A stretch of 63,981 bases of DNA, filler included, from Sanchytrium tribonematis (Eukaryota): assembly GCA_018985235.1 (NCBI GenBank). It is 6 parts of 6 records of this genome, joined end to end, with 100 filler letters (N's around TTAATTAATTAA, not from the genome) between each part and the next. Parts side by side here need not be neighbours in the genome. Positions count along the whole stretch, not along the records: positions 1 to 11,042 come from JADGIG010000270.1; positions 11,143 to 22,182 come from JADGIG010000271.1; 4 more parts are not named here. One strand, written 5' to 3'. Position numbers and translations under genes: made by a program. Positions 1-13,111 of this stretch are shown one piece after another; within the stretch, counting starts at the first letter, position 1, and each line of letters begins with the position of its first letter. Under the pieces are notes generated by a model. The model was not told the DNA's origin and did no database searches. It worked only from the letters and a program-made list of their open reading frames with translations.

Positions 1-398
1 TTAGGTAAAGCTACTAAGGGTGCCTCTGAGGTGACTTCCTTCTGTGGAGTTTGTCGTAACCCAATCATTTGTTTTTCCATTTCAGCCATACGTTTTCTCA
101 TTTTAAATAAGTCCTCTTGGCAATCTTGGATAGAAACTGGTTCACTTGTAACAATTTTCCAAGGCTTAGACTCATCATTTGATTTTTTTGTTTCTTTTTC
201 GATTTTCTCATTTTTTCTTTCTTTTTGATTTTCGTTTGATTGTTCAACTGTCTGTTGTTCATCAACCTTTTGCATAGCCGGAGGTGTAGGTGTGCTGTGT
301 GGTTGATCTTTTAAATCACTCGCTACCATGTTAACATCATCACCCAGAGGGGATGAGTTATTTGTGTTTGAGGGAGATATAATAAATTGTTTATTCAT
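1..398 (-). CDS. Partial ORF (3' end outside window), hydrophilic/coiled-coil; possibly a retroelement gag/ORF1
   Basis: ATG at 398, read by hand as MNKQFIISPSNTNNSSPLGDD...KMRKRMAEMEKQMIGL; open to the window edge; lies in a TE-rich contig. Confidence 0.35.
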   Translation of the reverse strand, partial: MNKQFIISPSNTNNSSPLGDDVNMVASDLKDQPHSTPTPPAMQKVDEQQTVEQSNENQKERKNEKIEKETKKSNDESKPWKIVTSEPVSIQDCQEDLFKMRKRMAEMEKQMIGLRQTPQKEVTSEAPLVALP

Positions 399-588
399 CT
401 GTCTTCGTTTCCTTCTGGGGATCTGCTTCTATTTATGTAATCTCAAGTATTACAAAGGATCTGAGACCCAATAATAAATCGACTCTAAAACAAGGGGAAC
501 CAATCAAGAATCAACATCAACTATGGGTCAAATCACTTCCCATATTGTTGTTGACAACAATCAACTCCGTTTAGATTCTAATTTTGCA

Positions 589-2233
589 AAATATGTTTGT
601 GTGGTATTCCCATGGGGCACATATCAGTACTTGCGAATGTCGTAAGGCCTTAAAACGTCCGTAGAAGCGTTTCAGGGGGTGATGGTATGCTTATTTGGTC
701 ATTTGCCTTTTGTACTGATTTACTTGGATGATATTTTAGTATTTAGTGCCAATTAAGAGGAACACCTAAGTCATTTGCAGATAGTATTTGAAATTTTGCT
801 TGAAAATCACATTAGCATTAACATTAAAAAGTCAAATTTTTGTCATTGGAGTTTGACTATTTAGGATTTATTTTCACACAATCAGGTATTCAGCCCAATC
901 CCAAAAAGGTATCCACAATCGTTGCATTACCCCAACCCAAAACAGTAAAGGATTTAAGGAGTCAATTGAGGATGATCAACTTTTTTAGGCGATTCATTCC
1001 ACAGTGTGCAGCAATTTTAGCCCCTTTATCACAGTTGACAAAGAAGAAATCAGGATTTGATTGAAATTATGAGCTTCAATCTCGTCTAGATTATTGCAAA
1101 AAGTTATTGGCTAGTGTATGCATTTTTCAATACGACAATGATAATATTCCAAACCCAATTTATTTTTACAGCCGCAAATTTAATGGTGCCCATATGCGTT
1201 ATACTGTTGTTCATAAGTAGGCACTAGCAGTCATTTCAATTCTTAAGCATTTACGTAAATTGCTATACGGTTGTGATTTGATTATCTACACAGACAATCT
1301 CAATCTGTTGCAAACATCCAACAGTCTCAAGCTACAATGTTATTACATGGAAATAATTGATTCTCATCTCCAGATAGAACATGTCAGTTGAAAATCAAAT
1401 GTCGTTGCTGACTTCCTATCACGCATGAATTTCCATGAAAATGAATTTGAAGTATTGTCTGCCGAAGAATTTCCATTGTCAATCTCATATATTCGTGCAT
1501 GTCAATTGAAGGATGTCAGTTTAAAGATTCGTGGGCAAAATCTACAATCCAAAAGAATTGCCACAAATATGAAACAATTTTGCATTACTTTGAAATGTCA
1601 ATGTGTTGTGTAGGAAGGACACTTTTCAATGATTATTCCAAAAACAATCCAAAAAGACGTTCTATCTATGAAATCTTTGGCCACCCTGGACAAAACAGAA
1701 TGTACAACACATTGAAATCATATGTTCACTGGACTGGAATGCAAGACAGTGTAAATAGATCTGTCAAAAGATGTCACGCATGTCAAATGGAAAAACAAAA
1801 CAAGAAACAAAATGCCAAGTTATTGCCAACATCTATTGATGAGGACATTAATCCATTCCAAATCATTGCAATAGATTTAGTTGGACCAATGAATAGTATT
1901 ACAGAAGAAAATGGAGTTGAATTTAGTCATATTCTCACAATCATTGACTTAAAGACCAGATTTATTGAAATGGTTCCACTTTCTGACATTACTGGTAAAA
2001 CAATTGCCACCACTATTGATAACAATCGGTTAAACAGATATCCAAGACCACAGTGTTGTCTTAGTGATCAAGGAAAAAATTTAGTTGGAAATAAAGTAGA
2101 AGAATTATTAACCAGTTACAACATCAAACATCTTTACACCACTGTGTATAATCCACAAACCAATTCAATTTTAGAAAGAGCACAGGGGACATTAAAAGAA
2201 CATCTTCGAACATCAGGAGGATTAAGTGAATGA
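589..2233 (+). mobile_element. Degenerate Ty3/Gypsy LTR-retrotransposon pol (RT-RNaseH-integrase) with stops and frameshifts
   Basis: RT: FPWGTYQYLRM..GLK, IYLDDILVFS, DYLGFI; RNaseH: PIYFYSRKF, IIYTDN; integrase: HPGQNRM..CHACQ, IAIDLVGP, SDQG, ER; Gypsy domain order. Confidence 0.9.
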
Positions 2234-2365
2234 CCTTGTAGTTAGGTTCATAACAGCAATGAGCAATTATTTAGTCATTAAAAGAGAAACAGGAATTCTA
2301 GAAAAGATGAATTACAGACAAATCATTCCATATTATCAAGATGACAGTTCCATTGTGGGGCAGAA

Positions 2366-2553
2366 TGTCGTAGTTGACGGCATTTGTGACGAGCAAGACG
2401 AACAAGCTGTCACTGTTACGTCAGAACCAATCACGAGTACAACGAAACCAATCGACGAAACAAGTGATGCAGAAGACGTTGTAGTTTCTAGTCTATTTAA
2501 AGACTAGGTGTATTTAATAAACTAAGTGTATATCTACTTTTTTAAGTTGGACA
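2366..2553 (+). repeat. Candidate 3' LTR of the Gypsy element
   Basis: Purine-rich GGGGCAGAA directly before TGTC at 2366; ends GACA at 2553 (TGTC/GACA inverted termini); contains AATAAA; no second copy in the window. Confidence 0.35.
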
Positions 2554-4899
2554 GTAAACTCAAAGCAAAGATATCTATTTATTACCCTCGAGAAGCCAGA
2601 AACCAAAATCACCCAATTCAATGCCGCCAGACAGACACTAGTCACTCAATGATCTCAAATGAAGGTTATCCAGCTGAAAACCAGCGAAATTGATAGAGTA
2701 TTAAATTTAGAATTCCCATTTTTATTTACACGCAACTCCATTGTTCATTCACTACACGAGCAACTTATCAAATCCAATACAATTGACCAGCCAATCACGT
2801 CACAAATGACCATTTATCAACAACATGATTATTTGAAATCTTTATCCCAAATCATTTGTCAATCCAAGTATAACAAGCAATTTGAGAAGACCTCAAACAT
2901 ACCTGATCCACTTGCCAATCCAAATTCCCCAAGCAATGCATATGATGAAATGCGGAATAAATTACCAATTATACCAGTAATTCGTGAATCTGTTCCTGAA
3001 AGAGAATTGACAGCAATCTGCATGTATTACAACCCAGATCAATGTTGATCAAAAATTACAACCCAGATATATATGAGTGCCATTGTGAACCAGTTCTCTT
3101 ATTTTTTATTGACAACCAATCAACAATTTCATACTAGACAAATATGGATTTAATAATCCTCATAGACCCCTATTACTCAAGCTGAAGTCTCTTTCTAAGC
3201 ACTTGCATCAGCTATTCATAAAACTTGATACTGGCTCTATCGTTGTTTTACAGATTCAAATGCCATGCCACATCAATGTAATGATTTCCATGCTTCCAAA
3301 TGGCTATATTTAACATGATATATCCAAATACATGTTTCTCACACCCTGTAAAGCACTGCATCCAAATTCAATTCTTGACACGAATATCAAGCAAATAGAA
3401 ATTTAATTAAAGGACTTGGTGGATCACCCAATATTTGTATGGAAACTGACACTCTACAGCCAGATAATCCAAATATTGCTCCAATTGATCCATTTGCACT
3501 AAATGGAAATTTGATGGAAACCCCTTTGACATCAGATTGCTCAGCTGCTGACCAAATTGGACATCTTGATCATAAATATGCTTCCATTTAGGTACAGCAG
3601 GTACTTTCAGAGTGAGCCCATCACTGAATGTAAATTCATTAATATTTTCACTTCCTCTCACCAATCCATATAAAATCAAAGATGGGGCACGCACTGAAAC
3701 AATTTGATTAATCAATTTGTTAAGAGTAAATAATCTTTTAGCAACGGGCAAACCCACAAAAGGAGAGTGATTATTCGTGTCCGGTCCAAATTTATTAATG
3801 TCTCTAGAAGTAGTTCAAAATTCACTTCTGAAATTTTCGAGCATCTGTTGAGTTCATTGGAAGTATGTTGCTCAGAAAAAGAATATGGAGATGTACATCC
3901 AACGTGAGTAATTCCACTTGCCAACTGACTAATTAAAATCTCATAAGACTGGTGTTATCTTCATTTGGGCAAATATATTGAAATCCTTCTTCTTTCAACT
4001 TTAAATTTTTTTGTTGATCTTTTCCTTTTACTGTCTGACCAGTCTTTCCAACCCATCCTCTGTATCTTTATTGGCACTATCTGGCTTGCTTTCATTAGCT
4101 CTGGAGATCAATTCGGAGTTAATATCCGACCCAAAGGACTCATTCATTACCATAATCTGCTCAATTTTATTACTTTTAGGCTTTCTTAATCTTTGTTTGA
4201 TAGGTTTATCGTTACTGGAGATAGTATCGCGCATTTGCTTCTTCAGAATTTCCATGAAGCATCTCGTTGGGTGTTTCATTGTCTCCGCGCATCTGCTTTT
4301 AGTCTAGTTTTATCACAGGATTGCCTGTGGCTAAGGTAATCTACCAAATGATTTAGTGATAGGGGATTTTTGTTGTCGTGGCTTTGTACTTTACAGCAAT
4401 ATGTTTGTGAATTGACAAATTAAATCTGGGGAATAAATTTTAAATCAATTATAGTTTGAACTTTCAAAATATCTATTGATGACTGGGAATCTGTGCAGAT
4501 TTCAATATCATACGCATCTCAATCCATATGAAGTAGTGTTGAGCCTATTGCACCCATTTCGGCTCTTGTAGAAGTGTCGGCATATATTTTGTTTAAATTA
4601 AATAATTTTAATTAATATTTGTCATGAAAAATGTAAATTACACCCGCTGTTGCTAATTTGCAGAATGCATGCTTGCATCTGTATAAATACAACATTGGTG
4701 GATTTCTAAATTTGCTTGGATATCTTCAATTGTTTTTTTGAAACTCTCCAATAATCTTTGATGCTTCTCTAAAATTTACTAATTTGGTTCATGTGGGATA
4801 GATGGTATTTGTACATCCAATTGACATGTTTGTGGGTTTTATTGCATTTAATGCATGTTGCATTGATTGGGGCATCGTAATTACGCCTAATAATCGATT

Positions 4900-5706
4900 T
4901 CATATATTCCGATTATTATAGAGGGTAATGAGTTGTTTATTAGTAGTAAAAGATATCTTGATTTTTTAGATTGTAAATAGTTTATCAGCTTGTAAGATCA
5001 ATTTATTATAACATTGATCAATCGATTCCAACCAACGATGATCAAATTTAATATATTGAAATAGGTCATAAAGGTCTTCATTATAATAATATGATGGAAT
5101 AGAGCAGAGATTACGAAGTGATCTGTTAATAAACGCGCTGATATGTTTTGCAATTTCTGAGTCATATTGAAATAAACACAAGCCATACTCTAGGCAGAGG
5201 CGCACAAAGGATCCAATAGAGCGTGCTAGATGCTCTATTTTAATGGAATTTCTGAAGGCACCTCCGCACCGTAGATCATTTAATTTCAATCTTGCCACTC
5301 GTCAATTTTTCGCAAGCAGTTCGTGGATAAATAAACCGTATTGATTAATACGAAATCCAAGCCACGTCACGAATTGGTTCTTGGCTATGACTGTTTTCTA
5401 CTGATTAAATCCCAATCCAATGTTTTTAATTTATCATGAATTACATTCAAGACAGTATCTATTAAATGATTTGGGCTTATAACTAGTAAATCGTCGGCGG
5501 ACCAGATAAGGCAGCAATAGATTAAGTTGAATAGATTGTTGTGTTATCAGATTGTTCAATAAACATTTCAAAATAGTTGACAAATTAGTCTGATTAATAT
5601 ATTTTTCATTTTTCCGATGGGAGAGCGAGTCAAAAGCGGCTTCCACGTGCGCCTGAATGGTGTCGTATTCAGTGATATAAGGCCCAAGAGATTCCACAAT
5701 TGTCAT
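4900..5706 (-). mobile_element. Decayed non-LTR (LINE-like) reverse transcriptase fragments
   Basis: EAAFDSLSH (cf. D..AFDSV.H); NIGLGFNQ*KT..VTWLGFRI (cf. GL..N..KT..YLG); FVRLCLEYG (cf. IRP.LEYG); interrupted by stops; boundaries approximate. Confidence 0.7.
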
Positions 5707-5958
5707 ATAAGATTTTCATTTTGCTGGTTTGTTTGGAAAATGTGGGCTCCTAACTCGACCCGTGTGATATTCGCTGGTTTGTTAGCTGACGCGGGAAGAG
5801 CCCAGAGGACATTGAGGGAAATACCAATGTACCCCTAAAAATCTGAATTGTAGATCAGTAGGAAGGCGGAAAAGAGAGTATTTATTTTCCATGATGTCTT
5901 TTTGCCCCAAATGGCGCGCCCTTGGATATACCCGAAAGGGGTGCTGCGTGAACTTCAT

Positions 5959-7147
5959 TTAAACCTAGGACATGTATGTCCATATCCCAAAACATCGGAG
6001 TAGTTTGATGTTGCTTCTGACATGTATGTCAAAACCAGTATTTATTGATTGTTTGTGGCATTTCGACGATAATCCACATCAGTGTACTTCCTGTAATGAT
6101 TACCAGTGTGATAAGCGTATGTACACTTACCATGCAGAAACACATCGCAAAATAGTCATTTATACTTAAACCAAATGTATTTCCTGTCAATCAAACAGTA
6201 TGCAAACCTTCCTTTCTCATTCACATGTACAATGTCATGAGAATACCCAGATCTCATTTTCCAATAGCAATTACCTTTAATCAATTTCTCTGCCACTTGC
6301 AATCGAAAGTCTTTAAATGAAAACTGATTTCTTCAACCAACATATTGAGAGTACAAAACATGGGCATTTGATATATCACGCATTGTAAATAATCTGATTC
6401 CTCTTGGGTTTGGTTTAATGCCATGATGCTCAGTAATTTCTATAATTGACTCATCAACACTAACGACACTACCCATAACAACATATTTAAAATAAATCTT
6501 ACTTTTTCAAATCTGTCTTCTGATGGGTTCGATAAATCATTATTAAAGAGATGTAAACCAACATTTTTTAGACCAGGTTTTCTTAAGTGGAAAGATAGAA
6601 TTCACTTTACAAATTAAAGAAACCCCAATAAATGCTTTTAACATTTCAACCGTAATATCAGGCATATGGTTCACTTGCTGTTGGAAGTCTTATCCAAAGC
6701 ATAATCACAAGTTTCTCTTTTGATTAACTCCCAAAAGTGCAAATTAAGAATAAATAAACCAAATCAACATATTGGCTTCCATTGTGAATACCAGACTCAT
6801 TTAAGCATCCAAATCATATTCCGTCACGCCATCTAAGTGTTGTGTGTCTTGCGATTCCGCTGCATTTAAGTCTGACTCAACAAACTGATCATTGAGCATA
6901 TAATCAAATGCTTCTAGCTCCTCATCAAGTAAATCCCCAAATTCAAATGACATTTCCGATTCTGAGCCATCTTCGTAATCACTGTCACAAAAAGAGTCAT
7001 TTTTAGGATCCAACATTGTTTTTTAAGGGGTAATGAAGTGGCCAATTAAAATTCATTGATTTGCAACTATTTTTTTGGTATGGACATACATGACAAAAAA
7101 TATTTTTTTGGTCCCTGTTTCAAATGTCATGTATGCCCATACAGGTT
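5959..7147 (-). mobile_element. Internally deleted piggyBac-family DNA transposon
   Basis: Acidic N-terminus (ORF 6801-7016); DITVEMLKAFIG; VSVDESIIE..KPNPRGIRLF; FRLQVAEKL; Cys-containing tail; TTAA at 5959; 14-bp inverted repeat 5971-5984 / 7079-7092. Confidence 0.75.
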
Positions 7148-8199
7148 CCATTGAGACCTCCAGGGCAACCCCGGGCTTGCAGATGCCTTGGTTGGTGAAC
7201 CAAGGAAAAAATTGTAGGTGTGGTAGAACTGTGTTTTTCTGTTGTTTTTCTGTTGATTCTACTTACATCTTCAATACCTCTCTGGATGTATATGGCCTGT
7301 ATTTCTACTTCTGTTGGTACATGGCATATATTTAATTTATAACCAGGCACGTAAACGTCTTTGCCAGCTCGATATTAGAACACATGTGGTTCATGTGGTT
7401 GTTCAATGACAATTGAACGTTTTCACTCAACCTCTAACTGGCCTAATCTTGATCCAAGACCATTATAAGACGAAATTTGCAAACCAATGCCATCGGGTGA
7501 TTCTCCTGCATTTTGTAGTTGAATAACAATTTGTCGACTTTCTAAATCTATTGGATTGTCCTTGGAAATGCACTTATCCATAAATTTACATTTATCAAAT
7601 TCAAAGTCAAAATTTCTATTCTTTAAAATATTGATAAGGTCACTCCAATGGAGATATCTGGTAGTGTAAAGGGGAACAATCTGTCCATTCGGGAGATTGA
7701 CGAAAAAATGTCTATCTTTTTTTAGTGTTTTTCGGAATAGGCAGTTGCCAAGAAATTTAAGGAAAACCGAGACCCTGCCAACTTAAAGAATTCAAATTTA
7801 GTGGCGTTATGGCTCCGAGAATTGGGTTGGCCCCGGGGGCTCGCCAGTAATTGGTAAAGTGAACTGAGACTGAACATGGGATCGCTGTGAAAAAACATGT
7901 CAGTAAATCTCAATTCTCTTTATTGTAATAAAATAATTATCATTTGGTTAATAATTTTGTATTAATTCATTCGTTATTGCCTCTTGTCAATGGTATTCCT
8001 TATAGTGGAGAATTTATTGTTCAAACTCTCAAGTTGCGTGGATGTGGCGACTTTTCAAAATCTAGAGGCGTCAGTATATACTCGTCTGACAGAAGAGTTT
8101 ATTTAATTGTCAGCAAATGTAGAGGGGTCCAACATAAACATTTGTTTAATTTCAATTTCTGCTCTTCAAATGGTCGAGTGGATTGTATGCTCTTTTAAA

Positions 8200-8547
8200 C
8201 TAGCCAATATTGTTTAAAGATGGGAAATGTAAGAGAAGATTTTTAGAACAATTTACTGATCTGAAATAACCAAAATTCTTCTCTATGTTAAAATTGAAGT
8301 ACATTTCCATATTTGTTCCCAATCTCACTGTCATCTCTATAATCTGGCAATTGCTAATTCTGCACATGATCGTATTCAATCTAATCTGCTTTTTACTGTC
8401 ATCTAATTTCAATGTGTAAATACTCTCAGATTCTGGACTATTTGTGTTTTTCTTTAATATAGTGTAGTTGTTATCAATTTTAACTCGCACTAACTTATAT
8501 TCGTAGCTCTCCATGTTGCAGTAGATTAGGTTAATGTTGAATGGCAT
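8200..8547 (-). CDS. Hypothetical protein or TE-derived fragment
   Basis: 115-aa ATG-initiated ORF, no motif recognised. Confidence 0.25.
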   Translation of the reverse strand: MPFNINLIYCNMESYEYKLVRVKIDNNYTILKKNTNSPESESIYTLKLDDSKKQIRLNTIMCRISNCQIIEMTVRLGTNMEMYFNFNIEKNFGYFRSVNCSKNLLLHFPSLNNIG

Positions 8548-8582
8548 TCTTTTGATGGCAATTCTGGTTTTAGGTGTAGAAA

Positions 8583-8669
8583 ATTATCACTTATTTACAT
8601 CCTGGTTACATGGGAACAATAGTGACAGAGAATTTAAATTGCTTAATGAATGCGTCGATTTAGCAGAAT
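8583..8669 (+). repeat. 87-bp direct repeat, copy 1
   Basis: Identical to 10956-11042 (ATTATCACTTATTTACATCC...TTAGCAGAAT). Confidence 0.95.
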
Positions 8670-8999
8670 ATGTGTAAATTAGAAACTTACTGCCAATTAT
8701 GTTGTAGTACGCAAATCAATAGACACTACATTCAACAGAGATAATCAACACACAAATATTGATTCATCGTAATATAATTCATCAAGATCAAAGAGATTGA
8801 GATTTGGATGACTGTTATTATAATGTAAGATAAGATAATTTATTGGGAAATCTCTCTTTGAATAGGTAGTCGAATATCTGTATCTACCGATAATATAATC
8901 TTCTCTTGAGGAACCAAAAGGTGTAACTTCTCGATTCCAATTTCAGAAATCAAATTAGTTTGCGTGGATTCACTTATTCGAATGCTCTGTCTTTCAACT

Positions 9000-9880
9000 A
9001 AATCGGTGGCAACAGCTTGGTTAAATGAGTGCAATTTAAGAACTGTCAATTTGTGCATGTGATTGGTGCATTTTGTACGCAACAGTCATTAGCATATTTA
9101 ATGCGGTGTGATACGACTGAACTTTCCAATTAGCATTTCTACCCAGTCTGTCGTGGAAGAAACTAGCTGGTCCAAGACATCCACGCCAATCATATGCATA
9201 TTATACATATGATTGGCAAATGGATAAATCTTGGGACCACGGTACTGTTTATCACTTACCAATGGATTTTCTTTGATCAGCATCAAAAAATGCATTGTTA
9301 TTTCTATACATTCCTATATTAGTGTGTTGTACCTATAGCTACCAAATATTCTCGATTTGTGGCGAAACAAAATACCCCATTATCAACTATGAATATGTAA
9401 TAAATTCCATCCTTTTCACAGTAACTCGATGGATATATGACATCCTTATTTAAATATATTCATACTTTGTTCTGTTTAATAAATTTCTTCATTAATTCTC
9501 GAAAAAGTAGTGGAATTCGGTTTGATTCGAATGTCCCTACAACACTAATATCATCTTCTTTTAATTCAGTCATTAATGTAGGGGTTGTGAAATAGCTATT
9601 TAAGAACATCACTTGATCTGAAGATGCATTTCCGTAATCCTGGGTGTCATTTACATCTTTTATCATTTTAAATACTGAATTATTAATTTTTATTCATACG
9701 GAAGTGGCTTCAAGTTGATCATCATGAAAAACATATTTCAATGGTACTCTAGTAATGCTACAACAAAGAACAAACCATTTCAACCCCTTCCTTGCTGGCT
9801 TGATTCGGAGTGCTATCAATAAAATCTAAATCATTCAGATCTTCAATTGTCATTCCTGATGACAAACTAACGTCGCTCAT
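9000..9880 (-). mobile_element. Second piggyBac-family transposase remnant
   Basis: FLNSYFTTPTLMTELK..VVGTFESNRIP (cf. DNYFTS..L...GT.R.NR); YNMHMIGVDVLDQL (cf. YN..MGGVD..DQ); GLKWFVLC; boundaries approximate. Confidence 0.8.
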
Positions 9881-10955
9881 GTTTTACCCTGTTCTGCTTT
9901 AACAATTTATTTTCTTGCTTAATAAATAATTTCAAAATTTATTAATAAATAAGTGGAATAAAAGGTCCATCAATGGTTGAAATCCACCCCGATGAATTTG
10001 TGACAAGGTGTGGATTGGGTCAAAAAAACCTTTTGACACAACCGGTTAAGCATACAAGAACAATTGTTTGATATTTTACAGGCAAAATGAATTTATAATC
10101 TAAAATTTGATGGGTTTGTAATGGATTTCTGCTGGGATTTGAGGTAAGAGTTAAATCAAATAAATTTGAACATTTAATTTGGTCAGCCGATGCTTCAGAT
10201 CGATGCTAATCAACTACTGCAGGAATTTCTATAGTTTTAAAATCCAATACTTCATCTAAATACTTGCTAAGATCCATCATTCTCTTATTGACATGCTGAT
10301 TTGAGTATAGATCATTTTTATCAGTCTATTTTCAATTAGCAAAAATGAATGCCAAGGCATTAAAATACAAGTCAACAGTTCTCAATGTTGTGTATGACCT
10401 GTCGGATATGGATCAAAATGGTAGTAATACAAGTGATAAAAGGGATGTTATGTTCAAAGATAAGAGGAAAATAGAGATTGTCATGGAACATATGGTGGGT
10501 GACAGAAATCTCTCGGGAATGGATATTGTAGCAATATTGGATAATTTTTTCGTATTGATAACAAATAAGTTGATGATAAGAGCACAAGTTTGATTTGCTG
10601 TCATTTATTAGGGTTGATCTTGTGCTCAGATTCCATGTACCAGTACGATAGTGTGGTAAGAAAAAAACCAATTGCGCGCTTTAAGTTCATTTAATATCAT
10701 TTGAGCTGAATCTTGAGACTATTTCTCAAGCACTGGAAAAACATTTTAATTTTACATTATAAAACTCAGTTCTATTTTTTATCTCAGCATCATTTATACC
10801 TCCTTCATCTATTTTAAAAAGTAAATCAACTATTTTAGCTTCTCTATCACGAAATTCTGTATCTAATTGACTCTTCAACGCTTCAGATTATCGTGTTCAC
10901 TATTCAATAACCATAGACAAACCTACGATTTATAAATGGAAGTCCATTTTGCCTC

Positions 10956-11042
10956 ATTATCACTTATTTACATCCTGGTTACATGGGAACAATAGTGACA
11001 GAGAATTTAAATTGCTTAATGAATGCGTCGATTTAGCAGAAT
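10956..11042 (+). repeat. 87-bp direct repeat, copy 2 (at contig end)
   Basis: Identical to 8583-8669. Confidence 0.95.
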
Positions 11043-11142
11043 NNNNNNNNNNNNNNNNNNNNNNNNNNNNNNNNNNNNNNNNNNNNTTAATTAATTAANN
11101 NNNNNNNNNNNNNNNNNNNNNNNNNNNNNNNNNNNNNNNNNN
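11043..11142. other. Artificial contig spacer
   Basis: 44 N + TTAATTAATTAA (stops in all frames) + 44 N. Confidence 0.99.
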
Positions 11143-11989
11143 TCAAAGACAAAAACGAGTTAATTTCATCTGTGGTAAGTAACATCTTTCGACCATTTAA
11201 ATCAGGTGTTACTGATTTATGAGATTCATATTGAATTTCAACAGATTCGATGTTAAATTCTGTGGATGACCAAAATTTACAGGCGTAACAGAGAACATTA
11301 AGAGTAGTGTGCGCTCTATGTAAATCAGTTGCTGTGCATTCTATGAATAAATCTTTCGTGATCTTAGGTTTTATCTTGCTTAAATCTCCATTCACCACTG
11401 GTGGTAAACTCAAAATTTTCGTGTCATCATAAATTAAAGGAAACTGCTCGTGCTTTGTTAGGAGTGGTACATATTTGCCAAAATGCTTATCATCTTTGTA
11501 ATAATTTTCGACATCACTTCCATTTAAATTCTTAGTCTGATTTAATGGAATAAAATTTATATCTTGCGGGTCCTTACAACTATAATACACTTTTTTACCA
11601 ACAGTTGACAAATCATGTACACCGATAGCTACAAGAGTCCTATGTCTGCATACATTAAAATGCAATTTTTCTTGCAAATCTAACATGGCTTGGTAATTTT
11701 CCTCGGTCAAATTGATTCCTTTGATGACAGCACAAACAACAAATGGGCGTATATTATTTTTATCGACTTTCATAACAATTCCGGATGGTTTGGATACTTT
11801 AATATATTCAACTGGTTTGGGGTACCGATATTGTTGCAGACCATGAAATAATGATTTTTCGGTCAATAGATCATATCGATTAGCAGGGATATCAATTTTG
11901 TCACCTTCGTATTCTACACCATATTCAAAGCAGAGATTGTCAAGGTCCGGTAGCTTGTTAAAAACATCACTAATTGGAAGACTCGGCAT
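11143..11989 (-). CDS. FRS1: Cytosolic phenylalanyl-tRNA synthetase beta subunit, 3'-truncated by contig end
   Basis: LCFEYGVE, IDIPANRYDLL, IRPFVVCAV, LQEKLHFNVCRHRTLVAIGVHDL, LSLPPVVNG, LFIECTATD; ATG at 11989. Confidence 0.95.
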
Positions 11990-12022
11990 CACGACAAGGA
12001 GAAAACACACAACAAATCAAGA

Positions 12023-13111
12023 ATGAATCAGATCAACGATGATATGGAAGTTGACGATGTCATTGTAGATATGAATCAACAAGGTGAGGAATTACCTGAA
12101 TTTGAAGAAGGTAATGAGGAGTTTGCAGAAAATTTTTCCATTGGATCGATGCATCATGGAAAGGCTGTTTTTGCAGTTCATTATCATCAAGGTATCTTTT
12201 ATTCAGGGGGAGAAGATGACAAAGTTGTTGCTTGGAAGGACGAGCAGATATGGGAAAGAACCTTTAATGACTCTGTTGTCGCAATTCAATCTTCTGGTAC
12301 GGAAATGGACAGTCGAGTAGGTGTCGCCTCTATGGATGGTGATATTGCGATAATAGAGAATAAAAATGGAATAATAAGGGAAATGTTTGCTTTGAGCGGT
12401 CCTTCAGAGATCGTCTGTCTATATATGAAGAAAAAAATTGTTGTCGCTGGTAGTCAAGATGGATTGATTTGGATTTGGAAGAATCAAGACGTTTTGAATG
12501 TTCTGAGTGGGCACTCTGCTTCTGTAACAGATGTTAAAGCAATTAATAATACTCTGGTCAGTATAAGCGAAGATGGTAATATAATTACTTGGGATCCTAT
12601 CCAAAATCAAATATTGTTTAAAATAGAATCTGCAGGTTACGCTCACGAAGTTCCCATTGTCAGTCTCTGCCTTTATAATGGCACTATAACTGGAGATGTG
12701 AGTGGAAAAATTTTGCTAAGCAATAATGGAAAGGTTTTGGAAACTATTGGTCTTCATGACCAAAGTGTAGAGAGTATTTCAATTTCAAACAATATCGTTG
12801 TTTCTTCCGACGTTAGTGGCAAGGTTGTATTTTGGGATTATAACACAAAAAGAGCTAGAAATCTAGCTCAGATTGAAAGCGTTGTGACTTGCACACAAGT
12901 TGAAGGTAATTTTGCCTATGTTGGCTGCCAAGATGGGAAAATATTGAAGTTTGATATACTTACTGGTGAAAATGTGTTTGTATATGAAGGCAATACTGAA
13001 CAAATATTATGTTTATTAGTAATAGCGGATTATGTCATATCTGGAAGCGATGGGGATGGATCGTGTCTCGTTTTCTTTAAAGATCACAAAAAATACAATG
13101 AATTAGATTAG
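12023..13111 (+). CDS. WD40-repeat protein, SQT1/AAMP-like ribosome assembly factor
   Basis: Acidic N-terminus, SGGEDD, VASMDG, AGSQDG..WIW, LSGH; multiple WD repeats. Confidence 0.75.
   Translation: MNQINDDMEVDDVIVDMNQQGEELPEFEEGNEEFAENFSIGSMHHGKAVFAVHYHQGIFYSGGEDDKVVAWKDEQIWERTFNDSVVAIQSSGTEMDSRVGVASMDGDIAIIENKNGIIREMFALSGPSEIVCLYMKKKIVVAGSQDGLIWIWKNQDVLNVLSGHSASVTDVKAINNTLVSISEDGNIITWDPIQNQILFKIESAGYAHEVPIVSLCLYNGTITGDVSGKILLSNNGKVLETIGLHDQSVESISISNNIVVSSDVSGKVVFWDYNTKRARNLAQIESVVTCTQVEGNFAYVGCQDGKILKFDILTGENVFVYEGNTEQILCLLVIADYVISGSDGDGSCLVFFKDHKKYNELD

Noticed and set aside
2226..2507. 93-aa ORF after the integrase
   Set aside because: Runs through the putative polypurine tract and LTR, with no recognisable motif; probably spurious.
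5900..5950. GC-rich patch with a CCC-GAAA-GGG hairpin as a retroelement-associated ribozyme
   Set aside because: I could not build a hammerhead core or HDV-like pseudoknot by eye; a 3-4 bp stem is not enough.
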